Below, one piece after another: positions 28,800-42,720 of a stretch of 64,000 nucleotides of DNA. The notes beneath the pieces were generated by a model. It searched no databases and was not told the DNA's origin. It saw only the letters and a program-made list of their open reading frames with translations. How positions within the stretch are numbered: position 1 is the first letter of the stretch; each line of letters starts with the position of its first letter. The stretch covers positions 131,750,001-131,814,000 of the forward strand of contig OX597815.1 of assembly GCA_951406725.2 (NCBI GenBank). Reading direction: 5' to 3'. The position numbers were made by a program, and so were the translations under genes. The DNA comes from Octopus vulgaris (Eukaryota).

Positions 28800-29532
28800 C
28801 GAACATTCCACACAGCTCAAATCTAAGAAATTCCCTTCTTATTGTAGTAGAGATCTGCACAATATGTCGCAAAGTGGAACAGAGGTAGAAGCCATGGGAT
28901 ATCGAAGCAAACACGTTAGCCATACGGGCAACCCTTGCACCATACAGAGGCTAATTTATAATTTTTTTCATAGGATTTATCTAAGTGGGCCATGTAATTC
29001 TTATACTAAAATCTGAACGCAACTTCGTTCGTGACTAATTAATTTACATATTAATAGAAAGGAGACACAGTTATCATTTCTGTAGCTAAGTAATTGGCAA
29101 TAAACAACTCATTGATTAAGCACGCATCTTATTGAATATCTGCATGTCTACATGTAGGTCTTACAAACAGTCAAGTTTCTATTGCGATCATAATGTGAAA
29201 GGATTAATGTTTTGAAGTATGATGTTAAAAGTAAGAAGATTTACTGATGTTCAAACAACAATGTTGCGTTCATATAAACTTGTCTTATACTGTCCAGTAC
29301 TGAGATGCAGAAGAATATGTCGATAAATTTACGAACAGTCACTCGAAGTAACGGCAATATGTCCGCTGTTATTGGCACTTCAATATATTATTCAAATCAT
29401 TTAGTCCTCTCCGTAAATTCTTCTCGTGCAGATGATATCTCAGCGAAACAAAACATCATTTGATTTTTTTTTCCTTTCACATTTATGAATTTTGCACCAT
29501 TAATGAAATTAGAATGATATAAAGTTACTCCA

Positions 29533-29742
29533 GGCAGCGAGCTGCCAAAATCGTTAACATTCCAGGCAAAATGCTTACCGGCATTTTAAGTTTTAAGTTC
29601 AAATTCCTCCGAGGTCGATTATGCTTTTCATCCTTTTCGGGGTCGATAAACTAAGTACTTCGTGAACTCTGGGGATTGATGTGATCGACATACCCTCTGC
29701 TCTGAAATTGCTGATCTTTGTGACAAAATTAGAAATCAATAT
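29533..29742 (+). mobile_element. SINE family B, diverged
   Basis: ggcagcgagctgcc..gttcaaattcctccgaggtcga..ttcatccttttcggggtcgataaa. Confidence 0.8.
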
Positions 29743-30083
29743 TATAAAGTTACTTATTGACATCTATATCATTAATTCGGTAAGTATAGTAAAATCTTTT
29801 CTTTCCTAACGACGTTAAATAAGAGAGAGGCAAGTTTAAGATTCTCACTCTGCTTACTGAAAATATTAAATATTCTTAATCCTCAATCCGATATATTTTC
29901 TGCCCGATGCTTTAGAATTTCTGATTGTTATACTCAGCGTTAAATATTTTCACTCTTATTTCTCTGATTGATGCTGTTGTTCTTGTTGATGATGTTTAAT
30001 ATCGGGTGAAGGAGATATTTTGTGAAAGGCAGACAAGAATGACCAGCATAGCATCTTTCAAGGCATGGTATACACAAATTGAA

Positions 30084-30316
30084 GACGGTGAGCTGGCAGA
30101 AACGTTAGCACGCAGGGCGAAATGCGTAGCCGTATTTCGTCTGCCGTTACGTTCTGAGTTCAAATTCCGCCGACGTCGACTATGCCTTTCATCGTTTCGG
30201 GGTCGATTAAATAAGTACCATTTACACACTGGGGTCGATGTAATCGACTTGATTCGTGTGTCTGTTCTTGTTTGTCCCCTCTGTGTTTAGCCCCTTGTGG
30301 GTAGTAAATAAATAGG
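30084..30316 (+). mobile_element. SINE family B, young, 14-bp TSD
   Basis: TSD ggtatacacaaatt at 30067-30080 and 30315-30328; A-box-like tggcagaaacgtt, B-box gagttcaaattcc. Confidence 0.92.
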
Positions 30317-31597
30317 TATACACAAATTATTTGTTATCCGATGTATTCTTCATTCATCTGAGATTTGTCTGCTATTCCTGCCTATTCGCTTGACCATATG
30401 GTATCTCACACATTGGCCTGTTTCTCACTGTATCATTTGATTTCAACACATAGCCCAATTCATCTTATAGATTTAAAGAAATCAATCTAATATAAGCATA
30501 ACCTCTGACCAGTATCCTACAACTGTCTTTTTACGCTGTGCCTTTCAATACCTGGGAATCATCTTTGATGGATAAGAGCTAATAATATAAAGTTAAGTGT
30601 ATCAGCCACGGACATCGATTATGGATTCCCACTTCTACTTGTTGTAATCATGATTTGCACTTTTTTTATTGACAGCATTCTTCCCTACACGTTAGGTCTC
30701 CTATACGAAGAAAACAACTGTTTGCTTCTTTACAAAATATTCAGTTAATCCTCTAAAAACACAATGTATTATAGCACGCTACATGAATTATCTTCCAACG
30801 TTTAGTTAAGAGTCAGAAAAAGGACTGCATGGCCCCCGAGAATGGTTTATTTGATATCATTGATTATCTGTTTGAACATCTGCATGAAGATGACTGAAGG
30901 CAAAACGTGGGCGGGATTTATAATTAAAAACACTATTTCAAAAAGAAAGTCCACAAAAATTCTACCAAAAATGACCAAATAAAAATAAATATCCATTCAT
31001 TTGTCAATTGATAAAAATAATGACAAATAAACGACTCCAATATATTTTTTATGTTGATCTTTGCTAGTCTTTATATTAATTAGCATCAAAGTCAGCAATA
31101 TTTCTCTAACCTGCTTTAAAAAAATTCCCAGAGATAATAGCACTTCTGCTATTAAAAATTATTTATTGACCATATAGTTTCTCTCCTTATCTTGAGGTAT
31201 TATTATTAACGTTAGTCTTTATCCTAATCACAGTAATGTTGGTTTTTGAAATATTGATATTTTACACGATTGCCTCCCTTGGACATTACAGTCATATCTC
31301 ATTTTCTAATTCCCATCATTTCGGAGCAATAAATGTTGAATTCTGTTTTCTTTTCCTCACATTTTGCTTATACTTACAACAGTTCAAATACGAGTCTCTA
31401 CCATAACACCAACTGCATTTCCGAGTGACTGAAATGTGTGCCTACTGCGTGGAGTTGTATAAAATGTGCGTTGTTTGATTCGGAGTTTGTATTTCAGATG
31501 AGGTGTAGGATTGTTGCATACATGTGTATATATGTATACATACATATATGATTATATATATATACATATATATCACTATATAATTACATCTATATGC

Positions 31598-31699
<102 letters not shown>

Positions 31700-33381
31700 T
31701 TTCTTCGATAAATTATACAGAATATATATTTGCAGGGTTCGTATTATTCGCTTATTCACATGCCGGTTGTGTAGGATGTCATGTCAGCATGAGAATACCT
31801 AATTTAGGATACATCAGATTTAATAGAGTATGTGTAAGAAAACAATAGAGACTTCATCAGCATCCTTTTCATAGCAAGCTAATTTCGATTCGACAGAAGG
31901 CCACCGAAGCAGAATAATAAAGAGATCACAAACTGACAATTTCACAATTTCACCAGATTTGCATGTCATACGCCCACAACTACTTTATTTTCATTGAATT
32001 TCTTGGTGTAAGGATTGCAGTCTTGTAATTGAAAGTGGTGGTGTGTCGGGCAAAGCAGAAAAAGATACGAAAAGTTCAGTGTGATATTAACAAACAACAA
32101 ATGCGAAGGATTTTGTTTCAGGTGTCCGGCTTATGGTTGAGAAGCAGAGGAAAGTAAGATCTTACTAAGTTAGTTGTAATCCTTATGGCAAAAAACCAAC
32201 ATAGAATCATAAAAAGGAACATCGGTTGCTATTTTCAAAGCAGGGTGTTGCAGATTATGTGGTACTTGAAAGCATCCGTAACATTTTAAACATGGTCATA
32301 TAAGAAATTATTATGCTAGGTGAAAAGTCGTCCCGTTCTTCGGTGTCCCCAGGCACCGAAAACGATGTTTTTTGGCTGGAAATGTTCGTTGTGACACATT
32401 TATAGGAGATAGAGATGTGGTAACAGTGTCCGTATAATATTTAGCTGCTTGTGGCATGTTCCGGAATATGAAACCATCGACCACACTCATATTGTATGTG
32501 TGGTCGTTTCAGTTGTGCCATTTTCTGTTAAAGAAAGGTTTTATCCTTCCTCTGTTGTGAGGATTTCATTCGCTTGTGGTAAATTTTCTTTTTTGGGGAG
32601 CTGGTTGGTTTTGTGTCTTCGTTTCTTGTATCATTTCCCTGATTTCCGGCTAGATATTTTTGACAGTGGAATGCGTATTTATGCTCACACTGAAACGTTT
32701 TCAAACGTCTATAGCAGGCGTTGATGTGTACACCACTTGTATAGAGTCTGATACTTCAGGATAACTTAAAATTTCGAATATTTTCATTCATACTGATGAA
32801 CCAATATAACACAGAATTCGAGAACATATAACAACTATTCAATATTAGAAAGAACGGTTTCAAGTAAACAATAGCTAATGTATAAATTGATAAGCACATA
32901 TATACACACATATGTACACGCACATGCATACACACATGCACATGCATACATACATGTACACACACATGCATACACACATACATACACACACACACTCACA
33001 CATAGATACATAGGTTTATACATAATTCTCTGTTTATATATATATAGAATAAGAGAATTTTGAATGGAGACAATACTTCGTGTATAATACAACGGTTTTC
33101 TTTTGCATATCTTTTGCTATGTTTTATTATTTGAATTTTAATATAAACATATATCCCATCCAATCACTGTAAGCATGATTTCGTTTTCGGAGTAAAGAAC
33201 TGATAACTGGAATTTTTATCTTCTACCAAAAATTTTTGACATATGTATGCATGCATGTATGTATGTATGTATGTATGTATGTATGTATGTATGTATGTAT
33301 GTATGTATGTTTGTATGTATGTATGTATGTATGCATGTATGCATGTATGTATGTATGTATGTATGTATGTATGTATGTATG

Positions 33382-33874
33382 CATGGTCGAGTCGTCGGCG
33401 ACTAAACCGGCAACCCCACCAAGATTGCTTGGTGAAGGGGGTGTTTATTGGACACCCTGCTGATGAAAAGCAAAACCCGTCAAAGGGCGGAGGAGAGTCA
33501 ACGGCCATCCAACAAATGTCTTAAGGCTGTATCATGCGCGGGGACATAGAAATAATCGGACTGAATACCCGATCGCGCGGTTAAACAATTGGGAGTGAAG
33601 GACTCCTAGCCTTTGTTAGGGCATCCTTCTAGGAGAAGGTAACTCAGGTAACTGGGATAACTCCGACATGAAATTTGCGGCTCAGTGGTTACCGATGATG
33701 TTGACTTGTTCTTCTTTTCGGATTATGGCTGCTGTTGCTTAATGAGTGGGATTAACTCAGTGCACAGCCTTTCCTTACATTAAAAAAATCTTCTTGCACA
33801 GGAATTGCACGAAAGCAACATTGATTAAGCTTCGTGCAATGGCCATACTCGATAAGGAGGGGGCAGCCACCATG
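33382..33874 (+). mobile_element. GC-rich, hairpin-rich non-coding insertion in (TATG)n; probably RTE 5'UTR-derived non-autonomous element
   Basis: gttagggcatccttctaggagaaggtaactc (33615-33645) and gtcg..ggcgactaaa resemble RTE 5'UTR motifs; (TATG)n on both sides. Confidence 0.55.
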
Positions 33875-34199
33875 TATGTATGTATGTATGAATGTATGTA
33901 TGTATGTATGTATGTATGTATGTATGTATGTATGTATGTATGTATGTATGTATGTGTGTGTGTGTATGCATGAATGTATTCAGTTTATTTCAAGATTTCT
34001 TGCCAATTGAGAAAGTATCGGTTTCTAACCTAGATCCAATTCTACTTCATTGGAATTCAACATCAACAACAGGGTATTTTTGTATGTATGTATGTATGTA
34101 TGTGTTTGTGTGTGTAGGTATGCAAGCATGAATGTATGTTTGTATGCATGTTTTTCGTATGTATTCTCATGCATATACTTACAAATCTAGACATGCTCA

Positions 34200-34552
34200 G
34201 ATATATTTAAATGATAAACTTCTGGAAAGTGTTACAGGTTTCTACAGTTCCAATGATGGATTGGATCTGTAGTCTTCGAATTAACTTTCTCCTTTCTGGT
34301 TTTGAGAAGCTTAATTTCTCAAGATTGGTATTTAGGCAGAGTATTATGCATCCCAGGGCCCCAATGATTACAGGTATAAACCTGAACTTGTAATGTCGAT
34401 AGAGTAACTGCAGATTTCTCAATAGCTCAAAATAGATATTCTCCTTTTCACTGATATTTAGCATTATGTTAACATCTACTAGCCAGCTAATTTCCATAAG
34501 TGTGCACAGTTCCTCTTCTCTGTCCTAAATCATTATATCAGGTCTGGTGTGC
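34200..34552 (-). pseudogene. R4/NeSL-type non-LTR element, restriction-like endonuclease C-terminus
   Basis: RPDIMI*DREE.LCT.MEIS..DVNI..EKENIY.ELLRNLQ..KFRFIPVIIGALG (PD-(D/E)xK RLE signature). Confidence 0.85.
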
Positions 34553-34556
34553 CCAC

Positions 34557-34587
<31 letters not shown>

Positions 34588-35575
34588 TGTATGTATGTAT
34601 GTATGTATGTATGTATGTATGTATGTATGTATGTGTGTGTGTATGTATGTATGTATGTATGTATGGTGATGCAAACAGGAAAATAAAACACAAAGCTCGA
34701 GGATAATTTTATTATCAATAATCGACAAAATTTACAGAATGACTCAAGCGCTGAGAGTTTCGTGCACTAGCACTGATACATATATATACGTCAAAGGTGA
34801 CTCTAGGTTATCAGCATCATAAGGTACATGCTTCCTCGTAGAATTTCGTTTTTCCGCAATATTTCTAGCCCCAAATGGCTTATTCTTTTTATATCCAGCA
34901 CTATGTCTTTCTCTATTTCTAAGTTAAGTGTAAAAATAAAGCAACCTTCTAAATACAACTGATCTTTACACACAGACTCACAGTATAACAGCAATCAAAT
35001 AACGACGACAAACATCAGCGATCCGACTACCGCCTGTACTCTTGACAATAGTTCTCACTTAGTCTTATACACCTATCAGGTTCGTTCGTATTAGTCTAAG
35101 TCGCTGGATAAATTTTCGTTCCTTTCAGAATATTGTAGAACGGAAATTTTGTATAGATTGGAATTAAAACGTAATCTCTATAGAAATTTATTGTTTCCAG
35201 AAAACATTCAATTTGAATTAATTTTAATTTTTACGATTACAGATAATAATTCGGGCTGTAACTTCTGAGTCCGAGCCAGGCGCGTGTGAACGTTATCGAG
35301 AGAACGTCTGCTAGAAATTATACTTTTTGACACAGGGCACCTCTAAGACGACCGCCAAATGCTGAACGAGAATAAATAAACTGCGACCAGGTTCAATAAA
35401 ATGAGCCAGAGTTATTGGCTGAAATTACATACTTAGAGTCAGTGATGGCAGGAATTAAATCAGCTTTATTAAATTTGTACTCGGGTTAATTCGAACGGCC
35501 CGCGTGCCGGGATCCCCACTCACTCACACACACGCACACACACACACACACATACACACGCACACACGTACACAC

Positions 35576-35635
<60 letters not shown>

Positions 35636-35821
35636 AAACACACACACATATATATCAAGGTGGAGACGAACACCATTCCTCCATTGTGATCGGCGGGAAA
35701 TATTGTCAAGATATTAAGATATTTTTCTTAACATGAACAAATGGTAACTTTAATACACAAATAAGGAAATTTTATCCACCAACACGGTGTTGAGTACTCA
35801 TTCTCTTTCTCCGACATTTAC

Positions 35822-35865
<44 letters not shown>

Positions 35866-36366
35866 GAATATATATATATATACATGTATGTATGTATGTA
35901 TGTATGTATGTATGTATGTATGTATGTATGTATGTATGTGTGTGTGTGTGTGTGTGTATAATCATTCATTCACACACACGTAGTCACACATAAATTTAGT
36001 GTTGTTGCTTTGAAGTAGAATAATAAATTGTAACTGAAAGTATTTTCTATGTCGTTTGAGGTCAAAAGAGAAATTTCCTAGAGATGTTAAGAAGAAGAAA
36101 ATGTAACGAAAATGTTAGAGGCGATTATTTACTCAAAACTGTGGAATATTCGTAGAATATTAAAGAAACAAACAAGGTAACCAAGTATGGAAAAATCAAT
36201 AATTATCAATAACACATGAAATGATGCATGTGTTCTATGTATAGATAAACGAAATGATATGGGAAAAAATGATATTTAATCATGATGTAATCGTTAAGCA
36301 AACTAATCTCTTTCTCACACTTTCTGTTTCTTTCTGCCACTCCATCTCTTATATCTTTGCTTAGAT

Positions 36367-36431
<65 letters not shown>

Positions 36432-36620
36432 GTTATTAATGTATATATGTATGTACATATGTGTGTATGCGAGTGTTTGTATATGTATACGTGTATGTGT
36501 ACCCATGTATTATGTGTATTTGTGGGTTTCATTAATTTTATATCTAAGAATTTTTTAAATACAAAATTACAGTATAGTCGCGTAGTTGTAGTAGTGGTGG
36601 TGGTGGTGGTGGTGGTGGTG

Positions 36621-36674
<54 letters not shown>

Positions 36675-36771
36675 TAGTTAGAAGTAATATGTATCTCACA
36701 GAAACAAGATGTTTCTCAATTATAAGGTAATGGAGTGCATATAGCTGCGTATTAGAGAATCAGATGTATAT

Positions 36772-37163
36772 GCGCAGGAGTGGCTGTGTGGTAAGTAGCT
36801 TGCTAACCAACCACATGATTCCGGGTTCAGTCCCACTGCGTGGCATCTTGGGCAAGTGTCTTCTACTATAGCCTCGGGCCGACCAAAGCCTTGTGAGTGG
36901 ATTTGGTAGACAGAAACTGAAAGAAGCCTGTCGTATATATGTATATATATGTATGTGTGTGTCTGTGTTTATTCCCGTAGCATTGCTTGACAACCGATGC
37001 TGGTGTGTTTACGTCCCCGTCACTTAGCGGTTCGGCAAAAGAGACCGATAGAATAAGTACTGGGCTTACAAAGAATAAGTCCCAGGGTCGAGTTGCTCGA
37101 CTAAAGGCGGTGCTCCAGCATGGCCGCAGTCAAATGACTGAAACAAGTAAAAGAGTAAAAGAG
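36772..37163 (+). mobile_element. SINE family A, best copy
   Basis: A-box tggctgtgtgg 36781-36791, B-box ggttcagtccc 36824-36834, cttgggcaagt CORE-like motif, internal (TA)/(TG) linker, tail gtaaaagagtaaaagag. Confidence 0.92.
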
Positions 37164-37192
37164 ATATATTTATATATATATGTATATATGTG

Positions 37193-37226
<34 letters not shown>

Positions 37227-37579
37227 CATGTGTGTATGCATATATATATAAATAGCAACACATACAGACATGTAAGTATATATATACATACATACACACA
37301 TATAACTGTCTTCGAAACAGTTTCCGTCTACCAAATTTATTCATAAGCCATTGATCGGCTTGGAGCTATTATACGGTAGAAATAATGACACAGGCTATTA
37401 CATAATGTATCTAAATCTATTCCGTCACTTCTGGACGCATAAACGCATGGACAGTTGTCTTTATATGCAACGCATTTATATACAGCAAAAGAGGAAGCAA
37501 TCAGACTACCTTCAATCATTTATGGAGTACATTATTTATCGAATGTATCTTTTAATTTTTGTTTCACTTACTAGATTTC

Positions 37580-37953
37580 AGTTAGGCTGAGGCACAGCCA
37601 TGAAGATTTTCAGTCGAATGTATCGAACCCAGTTCTTATTCTGTTAAAACGTGTTACTTATTCTATTGGTTTTATCGCCGAGTCGCTAAGTCACGCCGGA
37701 TGGTTTGTCAAGTGGTGGCGGTGACAAACACTGATACACACACACACACTCAAATATATGTATGTATGTATAAATATATATATATCCCTCTGTCTTCCCT
37801 TCTCGGGATCTTTCCTTCTCCTTTGTTTCCGACGAAGAGCTCCGCTCGAAACGTTAAACCCTCCTTCTTCCCTTCTTTCCTGAGCGTTCAATAATACTTT
37901 ATTTGTTCCACGTCCTTGCGTTGCTGTGTTTTTTTGTGTTTTCTTGTTTGGAT

Positions 37954-37992
<39 letters not shown>

Positions 37993-38130
37993 GATGAGCC
38001 TTCTCTCATTGCCGTCTACAAAATCACTCACAAGTATTAGAAAACAGGCGCCGAAGGTGCCATGCAGTGGTATTTAAGCCCAGAATCATGTGGCTGTGGA
38101 GCAAACTTCTCACCACACAACTATGCCTAC
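37580..38130 (-). mobile_element. SINE family A split by an HHR element in its internal microsatellite
   Basis: 5' part 37991-38130 and 3' part 37580-37740 on the minus strand. Confidence 0.7.
37785..37957 (+). mobile_element. HHR element family H1 (hammerhead at 37825-37859)
   Basis: GTTT-CCGACGA-A-GAGCtccGCTC-GAAA-CG-TT^AAAC; (TA)n on both flanks. Confidence 0.85.
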
Positions 38131-39758
38131 AGCTAACCATTTTAAAATGTTTCCGGGACTATAAAATTGCTATACAACCGCTTATGAAATCCGAACACAA
38201 GCTATAACTCTGCAGTATTTATTCCCTATTCCGCTTTTGTCCAGTTGTGTCTGTTTGTTGCTTTTCATATTTTGTTTGGGCCCATATAATTAAATTTTAG
38301 GGCGTATACATTTATCTTTTCTTTGTAGTTATCGTGCTTAGTGTGATATTAATGTTACGGTTTCATTTAGTTAAATCGATAATAACCAAGTTTAAGCGTT
38401 TACAATTATTCTGTTTTTGTAGCTGTTTTAATATTCAACGGAAAACCTTTTATTGAGATGGCAAAAAAATATTCAGCGAAAACATGATGATGACGACAAA
38501 CAAAACAGAAAAACCGATGCTCCAAGAACACTTTTAGTCTCAGTTTAGACGGTCGAGAAATTCGTCATGTTTTCAGTTATACGGATGTGTCAATCACATT
38601 AGTACAAGGAGTGAATTAAGTGACACTGCAGATGAGTGACAAGCACTGGGTGACAGTAAAATGCAAAAGCAGTGCAAAAATAGAAATATGAAACCAAGAA
38701 TGTTGCCTCTATCTAATCTCGCTTAAATTATTTTCTAATCGCCGTCCTTAGACGAAGAACGCGTTTGACGTCCATTAGTCTTCTTCCTTAATATCAGTTT
38801 TACTTCGGTCTACTGTACAAGTCATTAATGTGTTGTTAGTCTTAGAAAATACCAAGGACAGTGAAAAATTCACGAAGCATGTCGTCTAAACTAGGCGACA
38901 CTTCGATCTATAAACGTCTGGTTTCACCAGTTATTGTTAGTCCAGGTCTACATTGGTGGATTAGTGAATTATGGGCGGTAACATGCCGACGAGTTGTATT
39001 TTTTTTCTGTCAACTACTGTTTACAAAACCTCTGAGGGGTCCGTGGTTCACTGCCAATCATCCATTAACGTCAGTGAGAGAAATAGTCATATGAATGACT
39101 CTAGACGTTCTTAGAAATTCAGTCGTTTCGCTCATATCCGCATGTACGAAGGCACCGCCACCACCTCCATTGCTATTTGCATTCGAGACGACCCAGTTAA
39201 CATTTGACATATATCATTCCAAAACAATATTGTCACGCTTCTCGATCCAAGTCGAGCGAAAATGTCATAAACAGAGAAATACAGAGAAAATAGAGAAAAT
39301 AAAACCTTTCATTAACCAGTTTTCGTTGCGCAGCATTATAATAAATTATAATACATTTTAGACTTTCATGGATCGTAATGGAAGTAAGCAATTACATCTG
39401 ATTCCAGATTGATGAATAAGATTTCTTGGCACAACTATTTGCGTTGAATTGTTCATGAAGAACTACAGAGAAGCGGGGGTGACTTCCAATACCTACTCCG
39501 ACGGTCATCTGTAAGTCTCAGAAAGCGTCACAAAACTCTAAGAAAAGCTTGTTCGTCTAAGTAGAACACCGGGTGGCTTACGTTGGTAGTTTTACCCAAA
39601 ACGTTTTATAATTTCACGTCATTTGTTCACGTGTCTCTTGGAAACTGAGTGCAACTGCAGAAAACCGATATTACTAGCCGAGCAAACCTAGATTAGTGAT
39701 GCTGATAATAAAGTACATAATCATCTGCTGAATACAGACTATAAATCTTTCCACCCTA

Positions 39759-39795
<37 letters not shown>

Positions 39796-42566
39796 ATAAA
39801 TTCGGTTAATAATAGTCCAGTATTTGTTAGGGCATCTATTACCTTATGAACTCAAAAGTTTTCTGTGGTAGCAATTAACACTGCATGGCGGTTTTAATAA
39901 ACAGAGCTGTGCTTGTCCTATTTAAGGGGCTACTGAGGTACAAAGTTTCGCTAGGCAGACCACCAATTACAACCGTTTCTAATCTCAAAGACAGTCTGTC
40001 AAGGATTTCTTTTCTCAATTCTCTTGTTGCAATATTTGATGTGATTTAAGGATTCCTACTCAAATCCAGACACAGAATTCCAGTGTCTTCATATGAGGAC
40101 GACAGTATCACTTTCAATAGAGTCTAACACATCAAAACCCGAAGTAGTGGTACCATTCTAGAGGAGAACAAGTCAGTAATGAAGCCTATATTAACTATAC
40201 GGATGATGTAGCAATTGGATAGGAGAAAACGTACATGCTGGTTCGTGTTATTGAATCAAGGGTCTCATTAAGATATTTAGTGCCTGGATCTATCAAGACG
40301 TCAAGCTGAATAAAAACTGATTGATACTCACTAGCAGCTTAAGCTCGTTCAGAAATAGGTTGAGCACTGACATTCACCTAATTCCCATACATTGGTCCAG
40401 AACATGACCCCCTACTTCATGTGTAACATGTCATGTAGTCATGTATTTTCGTCGCAAAAAAGCACTTTTTATGTATCTCTTGTCCAAAGAAAATATTCCT
40501 TTGTTTGATAGATCCATTTGTTGCGATCTTACATTCCAAGAGGTCTGTGGATGCACCATGTTTGATGATGCATAAACATTTATTGTGACCACATCTTGAA
40601 AGACCTTTAGGTAAGTATGAGAGTAAATCGGTCTAGACAACATTTGGGAGACATATTTTCTGCAGTTCACAATTTTCTCTGCGTCGCAAACCAAACAAAG
40701 ACGGCAGCAACATCAAGAAATACAAGAAAAGCAACGGTAACATTTGCAGCGGTAGAAACAGTGATAAATACGATAAAACAGAGACATCGAGTACATCACG
40801 TTCAGTTATTGAAAAAAAAAACCCATCACAGTAATGTCATGGACAACAATATCGATATAATAAAACTACAGCAACCTGGAGTCTACCTTCTATATCCTCT
40901 CTGAAATGGGAACGATGGTTTAGTGAAATGGAGAAAACATTTATAATATTTAAAAACAACAACTTATATCATCCGCCCCATTCCGTGAAAGTGCCATCAT
41001 TTCAGTTCTTTTTATATAAGGCTTTCTTCACATTATATTTTCAGTATTAAACTGAAGGAAATATTGAGTTTCTGCGTTGCTGGTTCATGGAGATGAGGCG
41101 TATTTCTTAATGTCACTGTAAATTTACATTTTTGTTGCTTTGTTCCTTATGTTTCTATCACTACTAAAATTCTTTTTTTTTTTTTTTCACTCTAGCTGCT
41201 GTTTGATGTCACTTATTTCATTCGAATTTTCGCTGACATTTTCAATTTTTTAGTTTCTGGCTTTGTCGATGTCAGCAATTTTATAAAGTTCCAATTTTTT
41301 CCCTTATTTTTCTTCCTGTAAGCATTTGTTTTCGTGTTGTTTCTACTCTTGTTTTTGTTGGCGTTATTTATACTCGTGACGATTTCCGATTTACTGCTTT
41401 GTTGTATCATATTACTGGTGTTATCAACAGTTAACATCTACGCATTTGATATTGTAGTTCTCAGACAAATCGTTTGAGTCTCTTCTTTTGCTTTGACAAG
41501 CAAACGTTTGAAGGCAGACGACAGTTTTAGCATCACTCCTACCATATCTCTAATGGCTACCTTTCAGCAGTCTTTCCCAGCCAAAAGTCAAATTCGACAT
41601 TTCAAAGAAAACTATTTGTCTACTAGCTGCAAAAAAAAAATGAATGTGCCCTCCATAATTAAAGGAGAGAACGTGAGTTTTCAAATCTTCTTACATGACA
41701 AACTTAAGCAATTATAACGGAAGTTCTAATGTATAAAATACTGTAAGACAATGTTTACAGTTAGATAGTACTTCGAAAATGATAACGATGATGATCATGA
41801 TAATGGTGATGATGATGTTGATGATGTTGATGATGATGATAATGATTTCGATTATTCCGATGATGATGTTGATGATGAATTCAAAATTAGGCACAAGACC
41901 AGAAATTCAAGAGAACATCCGTTTATATGTATTCCAGTCTTTGGCTAGCACTTCTTTTACCGGCTCCTTAAGTACGAAAAGCAAAGTTAGTCACGGTGGC
42001 ATTTGAAATCAATACGTAAATCCCTGTAAATAAATACTTCACTCTCATACGCCAGCGTTCTCCTTATTGATAATACCGTCTGATAAAGCGGATGAATATT
42101 TAGTGACATAAAATCCCCACCACCACCATGTTTTTCCTCAGAGATGATTCAAATTCAGAATTGGCCTTTTGCAGGAGCAATACGAGCTGCTGTATTTTTT
42201 CGACCACATTCATTTCAGAAATTGCTATTTCGCTTGTTTTAATTATTATCATATTTTCTTCTCTCTTCTTTCTCGATATATTTTACTTTATATTTATATA
42301 TACAAAATGCTTGAAGGCTTGTTCAATTTTTTTCGAGGTAGGTTTGTGCAACGCAGAACAATATATATTTATAGACAAGCAAGCAAATATTTACAAAATG
42401 GAAATTAAAATAAAACCACAGGTATAGCGACAAACCATACTTCTGTCCACTGCAAAGTAAAGGACTGACCAATTGAATTCTAATAATGACTTATTTACTT
42501 TTAAAGATTTACAAACACGGTACTCAGATGCATTTCCAAAATTTGCCTAAGCACAATAGCTCTCCT

Positions 42567-42567
<1 letters not shown>

Positions 42568-42612
<45 letters not shown>

Positions 42613-42720
42613 GCTGCCGCTGCTGCTACTGCTGCTGCTACTACTACTACTACTACTACTGCCACTACTGCTGCTGCTGCTGCTACTACTGCAGCTGCTG
42701 CTACTACTACTACCACTACC
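42568..42720. repeat. (CTA)n/(CTG)n/(CCA)n trinucleotide mosaic
   Basis: Direct reading. Confidence 0.9.

Noticed and set aside
33385-33510. Twister or HDV-like ribozyme in the RTE-like element
   Set aside because: Partial resemblance (cccgtcaaagggcggagg) but required loop and pseudoknot nucleotides not found
35260-35525. Helitron/Helentron-like end
   Set aside because: GC-rich patch only; no paired termini identified
40430-41720. hAT-like transposase traces (LTVDNTSNM; CDAEKIV)
   Set aside because: Motifs too short and fragmented to support
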